Below are positions 8,375 through 17,186 of a DNA stretch of 19,810 nt, piece after piece (position 1 is the stretch's first letter; each line of letters begins with the position of its first letter). A program made the position numbers and the translations under genes. The notes beneath the pieces are model-generated. The model did no database searches. It was not told the origin of the DNA and saw only the letters and a program-made list of their open reading frames with translations. Source of the stretch: Candidatus Hodarchaeota archaeon (lineage in GTDB: Archaea; Asgardarchaeota; Heimdallarchaeia; Hodarchaeales; Hodarchaeaceae); NCBI GenBank assembly GCA_016840035.1, contig JAEOTC010000220.1, forward strand, positions 1 through 19,810, read 5' to 3'.

Positions 8375-9430
8375 TTATTCATGGGCTAGACTAGTTAGCA
8401 AGTATTCGATAAAGGGACTATCTCGATTGAAAGCTTCAAAGTTTTCTTGAATAATGAATGATATTGGTTTCTTTTGTAGAATTCGTCCTTTAGGTATTCT
8501 TGGAATGCGATTTACAATAGCTAAAATCTTAGTATCTCCATTTGTTTTTAATCCATGTATCTGACGAATATACTGGGGTGTAAGATTTGACTTCATAACC
8601 AAAATATCATAGGAAACACTCTCAGTCCAGGTATCAATGCTATTTCGAAGACCATCAATCGTGGTACAAAGATAGGAATAAATCTCTCTTGATTGAAGAA
8701 TTTTACGCAAATTTTCGAATTGTTGTTCATTGTCACTGAGAACGAGGAGTTTCTTTTGTTCTTGTTTTAAAGCACTCGCTTTGAGGTCTTTCAACAATCG
8801 ATAAAGGACATCATGGAGCTTTCCCTCTAATATTTCATCTTGGATAACTGATGAAATGACCTCTTCTAAGCTAGAAATTTTTCTAATCGAACGTTTTAAA
8901 ACATCTGGAGTTGCATCGGAGAATAATTGCATACCTCTCCAGTACAATTCCTCAATTGGGATATTACCCTCCATCGCATTCATAAACAAATTTTGGAACT
9001 GCTCTCTTTGGATATCCTCAAGGAGGTCCTTATCAGTGAGAAAGCTGTTAATCTCACGTGTAAAGGAATTTGTTTCTAAAGACCAATCAAATAATAGATC
9101 TTCCATAGTACTAAGGTATTTATCGGAGAATTTTGTCCCAATAAACTGTAACATCAGTTTAACTGAAAAAGGTTGGAGTTTTTCTGTTCCACCAGCTAAT
9201 ATTGCAGCAACAATGATTTCTCCAATCGATTCAAAATACAATTCGTCATTTCCGAGCTTTAAATACTCAACCGATTGATTTTTTGAACTAAGAGTTTCTG
9301 CAAAGTTCGCTAGACCAGCTACAAGACCTGAAAATAATAAATCATCAATTTTATAATCCGAGAAGTCCGCATGATAGTGATAATGACACAATCCAATTTT
9401 GGAAATTATCCAGAGATTCTTGATTATCAT
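8375..9430 (-). CDS. Longin-like N-terminal domain + helical linker + C-terminal pseudo-receiver (CheY-like) domain
   Basis: N-terminus IKNLWIISKIGLCHY...DDLLFSGLVAGLANFAETL...VEYLKLGN has a longin pattern. C-terminus KKLLVLSDN...YDILVMK...KILAIVN...ISFIIQE has receiver beta/alpha periodicity. Start reassigned to ATG 9430 (AAGGT RBS, 34 bp after cheR stop) rather than 9547, which overlaps cheR by 83 bp. Confidence 0.7.
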   Translation of the reverse strand: MIIKNLWIISKIGLCHYHYHADFSDYKIDDLLFSGLVAGLANFAETLSSKNQSVEYLKLGNDELYFESIGEIIVAAILAGGTEKLQPFSVKLMLQFIGTKFSDKYLSTMEDLLFDWSLETNSFTREINSFLTDKDLLEDIQREQFQNLFMNAMEGNIPIEELYWRGMQLFSDATPDVLKRSIRKISSLEEVISSVIQDEILEGKLHDVLYRLLKDLKASALKQEQKKLLVLSDNEQQFENLRKILQSREIYSYLCTTIDGLRNSIDTWTESVSYDILVMKSNLTPQYIRQIHGLKTNGDTKILAIVNRIPRIPKGRILQKKPISFIIQENFEAFNRDSPFIEYLLTSLAHE

Positions 9431-9464
9431 TATTGCTGACCTTTCTTTGGATTTTTGTAGTAAA

Positions 9465-10661
9465 TTATATTGGTTTTTTCTTATATATACGATTACGGGT
9501 ATCGATAATCTCAAATTTGTGTTTAATTGATTGAGGTAATACCTCACATCTACCTAACACTAAGTATCCGTCAGGTTTCAACGCGGAGTAGAACTGCTTA
9601 AAGAATATTTCACTTTGTGGGCGTGAAAAGTAAATCAATACGTTTCGACATAGAATAATATCAAAATCACGTCCAGGTGGTGAAGTTCTAAGATCATGTT
9701 GCTTAAATGTCACCATATTCCTTATTCGTGAAGATAGTTGATAAAGATCAGAATCACTGATAGGAGAAAAATACTTGGTTATTTTCGAGTTGTCTAGTTC
9801 CTCCAAAGATTTATCAGAATATATTCCTTTAATTGCTTGTTGAAGTAATCCCTGATTGATATCAGTAGCAAGAATATATGGTTTTAAAAAAGTGGTTCTT
9901 GATCGTAATTCATCTAAGAGAATTGCAATGCTATAGGGTTCGGGACCGATTGCACACCCCGCGCTCCAGACACGGAAAGTATTCTTTCTATCAATGATCC
10001 GGGGAAAAATCTCTTTTCCTAAAACCATAAATAACTCGTGATCCCGAAAGAAACGAGTTACATTGATTGAAAAATTATCCATTAAGAGTTTAAATTCAGT
10101 AGAAGAATTTAATAATAAATTATAATAGCCTTTGTAGGTATTTTTATTTACACGTTTCATTCTAGCATGTAATCTTCGAAGAAAATGATTTTGTTTATAT
10201 GCTTGATAATTAATATCTCGACTCGATAATAAATCATATATTAAGGTCAAATTCTTCTCATCCGTCGGCGTGTTGAGACTAGATTCAAATTCTGGGGGAA
10301 GAACAACGAGAGGTTTCCTTTTTTTCTTTTTTGCAGTCGAAGGAGCTGTTGAAAAGTCTTTCAATGTCTTTTTCCGTCTTATTAGAGGAATAAATGTTTT
10401 ATCCTCTTCATGAATTGCCCTTCCTTTTTCTAGCCATTGCAGGACAGATTCGAAGAGTTTAGGATCGGTTTTAAGAGAGCTCAATAGTTCAGAATAACTC
10501 TTTAATCCCATCCTCCTAGTTTGAGATCTCAGTCGAAGAAGTATACGCTTTTCATCTTTTGAGGTAAATTCAAATTTTTTCTCTCGGAGGAATTCAATTA
10601 TTTCTCTTTTACCTCTATCTGATTCCAAATTAATTGAAAACTTGTCGTACGTAATTTGCAT
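9465..10661 (-). CDS. cheR: Chemotaxis protein-glutamate methyltransferase CheR with an extra N-terminal CheR_N-like domain
   Basis: INVTRFFRD, VWSAGCAIGPEPYSIA, ATDIN, HDL, FDIILCRNVLIYF and GYLVLG motifs. Confidence 0.95.
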   Translation of the reverse strand: MQITYDKFSINLESDRGKREIIEFLREKKFEFTSKDEKRILLRLRSQTRRMGLKSYSELLSSLKTDPKLFESVLQWLEKGRAIHEEDKTFIPLIRRKKTLKDFSTAPSTAKKKKRKPLVVLPPEFESSLNTPTDEKNLTLIYDLLSSRDINYQAYKQNHFLRRLHARMKRVNKNTYKGYYNLLLNSSTEFKLLMDNFSINVTRFFRDHELFMVLGKEIFPRIIDRKNTFRVWSAGCAIGPEPYSIAILLDELRSRTTFLKPYILATDINQGLLQQAIKGIYSDKSLEELDNSKITKYFSPISDSDLYQLSSRIRNMVTFKQHDLRTSPPGRDFDIILCRNVLIYFSRPQSEIFFKQFYSALKPDGYLVLGRCEVLPQSIKHKFEIIDTRNRIYKKKPI

Positions 10662-10693
10662 TGCTTCCTGACTTCATGGTTTAATTTACTCTG

Positions 10694-11272
10694 TTAGAGA
10701 ATAAGTGAAGTTCCACCTGTTGGTGTGACTATTAATTCATAATCTTTCACGATGAATTTCACATTCATACCCCGATCGCCCCCTGTAAACTCTTTCACTA
10801 GGGGGATACTATGCTTTTTCAAGTTAATTTTTGTGGCACGAACATTTTCTTTCCCAATGTCTAAGGTATCTGAAGATTTCCCAAACATCTTCGCTCCACC
10901 AACCATTTTTGCTTCATATGTCTTTGGTTGAAAACCAAGATTTCTTAATTTGTCTATCATACAGGGAATTGCTTTGTCCGAATATTTTGCAGGTAAAATT
11001 TTCTTTATTGGTTTTTTCTTCTGTTTTCTCTTATGGAATTCGGGTAACATAATATGTGCCATAATCGCACATCTACTTTCACCAAATAGATGCTTTGGAT
11101 ATATAACGAGGCCGACACACGATCCTAATGCAGGTATCTTTAGGTGATCTGTAGCATAACCAATGACAATCTGACTGATATCAACATAGACTGAATTAAA
11201 TCTCAAATCGTTCTTTGATTCGTCAGGAAGAGATAATTTCTTTGTCATTGAAACACATCTAGAGCTCAGCAT
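10694..11272 (-). CDS. cheD: Chemoreceptor glutamine deamidase CheD
   Basis: LGSCVG (catalytic Cys), AHIMLP (His), KYSD, AKMVGGAKMF, IGKENV, TGGDRG. Alternative start at ATG 11248. Confidence 0.95.
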   Translation of the reverse strand: MLSSRCVSMTKKLSLPDESKNDLRFNSVYVDISQIVIGYATDHLKIPALGSCVGLVIYPKHLFGESRCAIMAHIMLPEFHKRKQKKKPIKKILPAKYSDKAIPCMIDKLRNLGFQPKTYEAKMVGGAKMFGKSSDTLDIGKENVRATKINLKKHSIPLVKEFTGGDRGMNVKFIVKDYELIVTPTGGTSLIL

Positions 11273-11284
11273 CTACTGTACGAT

Positions 11285-11938
11285 CTAATACATCTCTTCG
11301 GAAAACAAGGATTTCATGAATGCGTCAAATGTATCACTTTCAGGAACAATCGCTAAATCTACGGCAATATTACGTTCTGAAGTGAAAATATCACACTCTA
11401 CTACAAGAACTGTTGAAGGATCTTGATTTAATTCCTTTAATTCATATTTCTCAAGTGATTCAATCGTTCCAATCCTAAATTCAGGGGGAGAAGGAAAGGA
11501 ATTAGCTTTCAAAAAGTAATTTAAGGCTTCCAAATATTTCAACAGCAAGATGGATCCAGTCTCTTTAATTAATGATAAATATAAAGGTGATAATTCAGAA
11601 AGTTTTGATTGAACAAGATCTGGAGCAGAAGTAGTCATTAGATTAATGATTTTAGCTACACTAAGTTTGTCAAAAAAGACAAGAAGTGTATACTTCAAAT
11701 CGCTCACCGTTTTTAATGAAATGATTGCCAGTTCTTGATCGGAGGGCATTTTTACTAAAGTGTGGATGGAATCTACACTATCAAGAGCAACATTAGGAAT
11801 GCTCATATAGGTTGAACGGTTTAAAAATTGAGTTAAAGCTGTAGCAGCTTGACCAGCGCCAATATTTCCTACCTCCTGTAACGCATCAAGGTGGAAGTCT
11901 GACAATTTCTCAAAGTTATATTTTTCTTCATTATGCAT
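11285..11938 (-). CDS. cheC: CheY-P phosphatase CheC
   Basis: DALQEVGNIGAGQAATAL (D-x3-E-x2-N site), second site SLIKETGSI...PSPP. Start overlaps the cheA stop by 8 bp (ATGCATAA). Confidence 0.92.
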   Translation of the reverse strand: MHNEEKYNFEKLSDFHLDALQEVGNIGAGQAATALTQFLNRSTYMSIPNVALDSVDSIHTLVKMPSDQELAIISLKTVSDLKYTLLVFFDKLSVAKIINLMTTSAPDLVQSKLSELSPLYLSLIKETGSILLLKYLEALNYFLKANSFPSPPEFRIGTIESLEKYELKELNQDPSTVLVVECDIFTSERNIAVDLAIVPESDTFDAFMKSLFSEEMY

Positions 11939-13826
11939 TTATCGAAGTCTCCAAAAAATTCATGGGATCAAGTATTAACACAACTTGTCCTCCCTCTAAA
12001 ACAGTAGCCCCAGAAAAAGTTCCTAATTGACTAAGAAAATCATTTATGGGTTTGATTACAACGTCTCTTTCTCCAAGTAATTCATTCACAAGAAAACCTA
12101 AGCTTCGAGCTCCTTTACGCCATAGTACAATATTATTTTTCTCCACTACCCGATTACCCTTAATAGATGATTGCAGAAATGATGAACTTGTTTCTAAGGA
12201 CCTATAGTTCAATAAACTCGTTAAATCAATAACTGGAACAGGTGCATTGTCAACAATTATAGTTTTACTATCAGTTTCTGAATCTTGAAGAATCTTTTCT
12301 GCTGGTACTGTTAAAATTTGTTCAATATTCGCCATAGGAATTGCTAATCTCTGTTCTTGAATACTAAGCATCAATACCTTGGTAATTGCTACTGAAATTG
12401 GAATTATTAAACGAATTGAGGTAAATATTCCCGGTTCAGAATCAATTTCGATATTTCCTCCAATTTCATCGATAATTTGTTTAACAATATTTAGTCCAAC
12501 CCCTCTTCCTGAAATTTCTGTGGTTTTCAAGGCAGTTGAGATACTATGAGAGAAAATGTAGGAATGTATTTCTTCCCTAGATAATTGAGCTTTTGAAGAG
12601 GAAAGTCCAAGATTCTTAATTTTTTCCTGGATTTTATCATAATTCAATCCACGTCCATCATCCTTAATCTCGATTACAATATCTGATCGCTCATGGCTAA
12701 TATTAAGTCTGATGGTTCCTCTTTCATCTTTATTCTTTTTCATTCGATCAGAAGGTGATTCAATTCCGTGATCGACTGCATTTCTTAGCAGGTGTGTTAG
12801 AGGATTAGTTAATTGTTCAATAACTGAACGATCTACACCAATGTGTTTACCAGAAATAATCAAATCAACTTTCTTACCGTTATCCTGTGCTAAGTCACGT
12901 ACCATTCTTGGAAAGCGCGTAAGAATGGTTTCTAAGGGTACGAGTCGCATTTTTATAACTAAATCTTGGATATCTGAAATAGTCCGTTCATAACTAGCTA
13001 AATTTTCCTTAAAAGATCTAGAATAGGCTTGTTGTTCACCTATCTCTCTAATGAATTGTCCACTTATTACTAATTCACCTAATAGCTGAATTATTCTATC
13101 TAAATCCTTTAACCCAACTCTCACATTCAAAGGTTCTTGGCTATCAGCCATAATGCTTGGTTTTTCAACAGTACTAACTGAATCCAATAGTCGAGACATA
13201 TTCGCAGACATTACATCTTGAGTTTCCTCGATGATCTGTGTTATTGCCTCCTCATCTTCTTGAGTAGTTAACTCCACAAATAATTCCTTGAACGTAGTAC
13301 CCGCTTGAATTTCTTCCATCGGAGGAACAGTACGTTCAATTGTCGCTTTCTTTTGTAGTTTCTTTAGGAGAACTAAACTTCGTGCACTTATAACCTTACA
13401 ATCAGGACTGAAAAGTATCTTAATTCCAAACTTATTTCCAAGATTAACAATGAAATCATCGAAAGAAGCTAATTGTTGAGTCAATTGATCAAACCTAAGT
13501 AATTCTGGGGTTTTTCCACCACGTAATGAATTTGCAAGGTTTTGTATCTCATCACAGTACTGGAATAGGAGTGCAACAACTTTTTCGACTCCGCCACTAT
13601 CAATAGTATTCAATAAGTTCTCCATACTATGGGTAAGAGAGCTAAGTTGTGGATATCCTGATAAAGAAAAGAGTCCTTTTAAGCTGTGTAATGTGTGAAG
13701 AATGTTATCAGATTTCGCATTAGGATTCTTTTCTAGTTCCAATAAACCTGAATTTAACTCCTCAACACGCTCAGTAAGTTCTTGGAGCATAACTTCTTGG
13801 AATTCTTCTGTTTCAAAATCTTCCAT
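11931..13826 (-). CDS. cheA: Chemotaxis histidine kinase CheA (Hpt-P2-dimerisation-HATPase-CheW)
   Basis: HSLKG phospho-His; P2-like ILFSPDCKVISARSLVLL; VRV..LDRIIQLLGELVI; RFPRMVRD; HLLRNAVDHGIE; DDGRG; ISGRGVGL; C-terminal P5 ending SGATVLEGGQVVLILD. Confidence 0.97.
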   Translation of the reverse strand: MEDFETEEFQEVMLQELTERVEELNSGLLELEKNPNAKSDNILHTLHSLKGLFSLSGYPQLSSLTHSMENLLNTIDSGGVEKVVALLFQYCDEIQNLANSLRGGKTPELLRFDQLTQQLASFDDFIVNLGNKFGIKILFSPDCKVISARSLVLLKKLQKKATIERTVPPMEEIQAGTTFKELFVELTTQEDEEAITQIIEETQDVMSANMSRLLDSVSTVEKPSIMADSQEPLNVRVGLKDLDRIIQLLGELVISGQFIREIGEQQAYSRSFKENLASYERTISDIQDLVIKMRLVPLETILTRFPRMVRDLAQDNGKKVDLIISGKHIGVDRSVIEQLTNPLTHLLRNAVDHGIESPSDRMKKNKDERGTIRLNISHERSDIVIEIKDDGRGLNYDKIQEKIKNLGLSSSKAQLSREEIHSYIFSHSISTALKTTEISGRGVGLNIVKQIIDEIGGNIEIDSEPGIFTSIRLIIPISVAITKVLMLSIQEQRLAIPMANIEQILTVPAEKILQDSETDSKTIIVDNAPVPVIDLTSLLNYRSLETSSSFLQSSIKGNRVVEKNNIVLWRKGARSLGFLVNELLGERDVVIKPINDFLSQLGTFSGATVLEGGQVVLILDPMNFLETSINA

Positions 13827-13880
13827 TCATCTGAACCTTCAATTTAATGTTCTACTCAATTCTAAGAATAATTTTGAAGA

Positions 13881-14240
13881 TTAAAGCAACACATTCTCAA
13901 TTGCTTGAACTAATTGATCTACCTTGAATGGTTTAATAACGAAATCCTTAGCTCCAATTTTTAGGGCTTGTCGCACAAGTGGTTCATGCCCAAGAGCTGT
14001 GACTACGACAAAATTGGCTTTTGGATCAATAGCCATTATTTCTTTCATTGCTAAAAGACCATTCATTTTTGGCATAACAATATCCATTGTCACGACATCT
14101 GGTTTAAAGTTCTTGTACTGTTCGATTGCTTCAGCGCCTGTTTCAGCTTCCGCGACAACAGTATGTCCGTGTTTCTTCAAAATTTTACTTATCATTAGAC
14201 GTAGGTATTTTGAATCGTCTACAATTAGGACAGTAGCCAT
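13881..14240 (-). CDS. cheY: Chemotaxis response regulator CheY
   Basis: VLIVDD, PDVVTMDIVMPKMNG (phospho-Asp), VTALG and FVIKPF; all catalytic residues present. GAGG RBS. Confidence 0.97.
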   Translation of the reverse strand: MATVLIVDDSKYLRLMISKILKKHGHTVVAEAETGAEAIEQYKNFKPDVVTMDIVMPKMNGLLAMKEIMAIDPKANFVVVTALGHEPLVRQALKIGAKDFVIKPFKVDQLVQAIENVLL

Positions 14241-14258
14241 GTTTCTAATCCTCTTTTT

Positions 14259-16505
14259 TTATTTGGTTTTATTAGTAATTTTATCATTATTCGGAGATTT
14301 CAATATTTCTCCAGTTAAAGTTTTCTCTATAAACTCATTCTCAATTATAAAAACTGAAGATGAGTCCTTTTCATCAATGAATTGTTGCTGACAACATTTA
14401 ATTCCCTCTGAAAATATATCGATTCCCTCTAATGAATGAAAATCGCTTTTAAACGCCGTTATTACCGCTTCCAAGCTTTCTACGGGTATTTGGTAAGTTT
14501 CGTCCTCAATTTTAACTGTAAAGAAATCCACCTCTTCGTCATAGTTTGTTATTCCAGGTGTTTTCATCATCAAAGATTGAAGATCAATTACACAAATTTC
14601 CTCTTCACCTAAAGTGGCCTTCTTAATATGAGGAGGAAGATCAGCTCTTGACTTTTTAATCTTAACAGAAGAACTAAGAACGCTTTGAATAAATGATACA
14701 TCAATCGCCAGTTTATCTCCTCCCCATCGAAATACAAGGAAATCGCATCTATCCTCCTCACCATGAGACAGGAGATATAGTTCTCGTTCCTTGTGTTGAT
14801 CTTGAAGCTGTGCTAATGATTTTTCATCATCAGGATTTAGCTGAGATATCATTTCCTCAACATTATTAATACCAATATCTGATTTAAGAATGGAAAAAGT
14901 TTCTTCAAGTAAACGTGCTGGTTTCACTATAATACCCAAAGCTCCATTGAAGGAAAAAAATCCAGAAATCATTTGAGAGAGCATGGATGTGTAAAAACTA
15001 GTCTCAGGCTGAAAGATATCCAATTGATCTATTGAAACTCTTCCTAGTATTTTTTCAACGACAAAGGCTGCTTCTAAATCAGTTTTTTGATCATGTAGTA
15101 ATACTCCAGCCACCTTACTCGTTTCTGGAAATCCTAAACATGCACCCTGGACTAAATAATTAAAATCTACAAGAGGACTTAATTCACGATGAGTGGTAAC
15201 ACCCAGTATTGCCTCATGCGAATATTCACTTCTGAAGAATAAAACTTGATCCAGGATTTGCGTAATAAATTCAGAATCTATAAAAAATAAGTTTTCCTTG
15301 TTTTGAACCAATAGGCCTTCCTGAGCCCTGCTTTTAACCGACTCCGCAGTTACAGTCATAGGATTGTAAAAGGAAACTACTGGGTAATTTTCATCTTCAA
15401 GACTACCAGTATTGAAGTACATTCTGAAAATATAATTAATGTTTAAAACAAAGACAATATTCCCTGATTGCTCTAACATTACTCCCTGAAATATATAATT
15501 GTCGTTGATGCCTGTATTCAATACTAGTGTCTGCCTAATTTCACTTTTCTCGACTTCTACAATTCTGGGAATTTCATCCATCATGAAAGCAAGCTTTTCA
15601 CCAGCAAATTCCACAATTAAAGATTTTAATCCCGTGAATTTCTGATTGTCATTAATTTTCGTAGTTTGATCGGTGAAAAGTAGCGCGGTTAGATCTATTG
15701 CGTTTATTACTTCACCCTGATAATTAATAGCCCCAACAACAATGTTAGATGTATTTGGAATTTCAGTCAATTGTGAAATTGAATATATTCCCGACAAATT
15801 TTCATTTGGAATTAGGATTGATAAGTTTTGGACATTAACTATCGTCCCAGTAAATTTTTCCTCTTTAGCTGGACGGATAAATCTATCAGGTCTCCATCTT
15901 GAAACCTGAGTTGAATCTTGATTATGCTGTAATTCGATGTTAAATTCATCAAGTGGAACTTCCCCTCCGTTTTGATAGTTCTGAAAAGTAATTTCAATTT
16001 GTGAGTTTTTAAAATGCTTGTTTGAATCAATCATGATTTGATTAAAGATCATTTCAATGTTAAGCATTACGATTATGTTTTCTTCCCACATAAATGCTGA
16101 GTTAAAGAAAGATTCAGATTTCACTTTACTATTGATGAAGATTTCTTTTGTTACTGATTGGCCAGGCTTACTAATTATCCCAATAACATTATCAACGAGT
16201 AAGAATATTGACTGACCTCCATATTCTGCCACAAGAAAATTCTGTGTTTTCCTAGGATTGTCATTGAGTGAATCTAATCTCTCTCCGTAAAAATAGATGT
16301 TTAAGTCTATTGCAGGGAGAACTTCTCCTTGATAAGCTGTTGAACCTAATAAATAAGGAGGAGTATTAGCGGCTGGATTAATGAAGGCGTTTTGTATAAT
16401 TTGAGAAATATAGGTATTTTCAATCGCAAAGAATTTCTGATTAAGAGAAAAAATAACTAAACTTTCTTCATTATTTCTTCTCTTTATAGTACTTGCGATT
16501 GGCAT
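14259..16505 (-). CDS. cheW: Multi-domain CheW-like protein with four tandem CheW domains
   Basis: Four CheW-type repeats: LVIFSLNQKFFAI..PPYLLG..YQGEVLPAIDL; SILIP..IPNTSNIVVGAINYQGEVINAIDL; LFFIDSEFITQI..AILGVTTHRELSPLVDF; FLVFRWGGDKLAIDVSFIQSV..ICVIDL. ATG 16505 (GAGGTAGG RBS) is preferred to TTG 16544. Confidence 0.8.
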   Translation of the reverse strand: MPIASTIKRRNNEESLVIFSLNQKFFAIENTYISQIIQNAFINPAANTPPYLLGSTAYQGEVLPAIDLNIYFYGERLDSLNDNPRKTQNFLVAEYGGQSIFLLVDNVIGIISKPGQSVTKEIFINSKVKSESFFNSAFMWEENIIVMLNIEMIFNQIMIDSNKHFKNSQIEITFQNYQNGGEVPLDEFNIELQHNQDSTQVSRWRPDRFIRPAKEEKFTGTIVNVQNLSILIPNENLSGIYSISQLTEIPNTSNIVVGAINYQGEVINAIDLTALLFTDQTTKINDNQKFTGLKSLIVEFAGEKLAFMMDEIPRIVEVEKSEIRQTLVLNTGINDNYIFQGVMLEQSGNIVFVLNINYIFRMYFNTGSLEDENYPVVSFYNPMTVTAESVKSRAQEGLLVQNKENLFFIDSEFITQILDQVLFFRSEYSHEAILGVTTHRELSPLVDFNYLVQGACLGFPETSKVAGVLLHDQKTDLEAAFVVEKILGRVSIDQLDIFQPETSFYTSMLSQMISGFFSFNGALGIIVKPARLLEETFSILKSDIGINNVEEMISQLNPDDEKSLAQLQDQHKERELYLLSHGEEDRCDFLVFRWGGDKLAIDVSFIQSVLSSSVKIKKSRADLPPHIKKATLGEEEICVIDLQSLMMKTPGITNYDEEVDFFTVKIEDETYQIPVESLEAVITAFKSDFHSLEGIDIFSEGIKCCQQQFIDEKDSSSVFIIENEFIEKTLTGEILKSPNNDKITNKTK

Positions 16506-16574
16506 GGTTCCTACCTCAATTTCATTAAATGGTTCTCTATTCAAATCCTGATATGTTTAATTTTGCGGACATAT

Positions 16575-17186
16575 TTATTCCGAAAGATCCTCATCCTCGA
16601 TTATACTTTCCATAAAGTTATCTGAACTTTCATCTGGTAATGTGTACTGACTTAAGTCGAAATCCATGTCATCTGTATCTTCTTGTTCCCTCTTTGGAGT
16701 TTTAACAGATGTAAAGTAATTTCCTAACGCTTCTTCTGGATTTACAATCATGATTTCAGTTTGATCTTCAAGGACTCCAATTTGAGTTATGAGTGATTCA
16801 TCAACTAGAGTCTTTCCCTTGAAGTGTGATTCATTAGCACTAGATGTTTCCTTGATTTTTGAGATTTGATGAACCTGATCAACTAAAATTCCAACATCTT
16901 GTCCTTTTATTGAGATCACTAGAACGTTATTACTTTGATTAACCAATTTTCGCTCAATATCGAAGCCATTTCCCCATAAGAGATATAATAAATCAAACAC
17001 ACTTAGAATATAACCCCTGAGTTCTGTAATACCCGAAAGAACATTGGAAGTTTTTGGAAGTTTTAAAATTTTATCAGTCTGGAAAACTTCTTTTATATAA
17101 TCAACTTTAATCCCATAAACTTCCTTTACAATTTGAAATACAAGATATTTTTCTGGTGTATGAAGTGAAGAGTTCATGAATTTCAA
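16575..17186 (-). CDS. cheW: Coupling protein CheW with an acidic C-terminal tail
   Basis: YLVFQI..YGIKVDYIKEV, LPKTSNVLSGITELRGYILSVFDL, VGILVDQV. TTG start overlaps the upstream stop (TTGA); ATG 17177 is the alternative. Confidence 0.92.
   Translation of the reverse strand: MKFMNSSLHTPEKYLVFQIVKEVYGIKVDYIKEVFQTDKILKLPKTSNVLSGITELRGYILSVFDLLYLLWGNGFDIERKLVNQSNNVLVISIKGQDVGILVDQVHQISKIKETSSANESHFKGKTLVDESLITQIGVLEDQTEIMIVNPEEALGNYFTSVKTPKREQEDTDDMDFDLSQYTLPDESSDNFMESIIEDEDLSE

Noticed and set aside
9431-9547. 39-aa N-terminal extension of the longin/pseudo-receiver ORF
   Set aside because: It overlaps the cheR 3' end by 83 bp; the longin pattern and an RBS point to ATG 9430.
10310-10335. 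KKKKRKP in CheR resembles an SV40-type nuclear localisation signal
   Set aside because: There is no nucleus in a prokaryote and Lys runs arise easily in AT-rich DNA. Retained only as part of the polybasic-insert observation.
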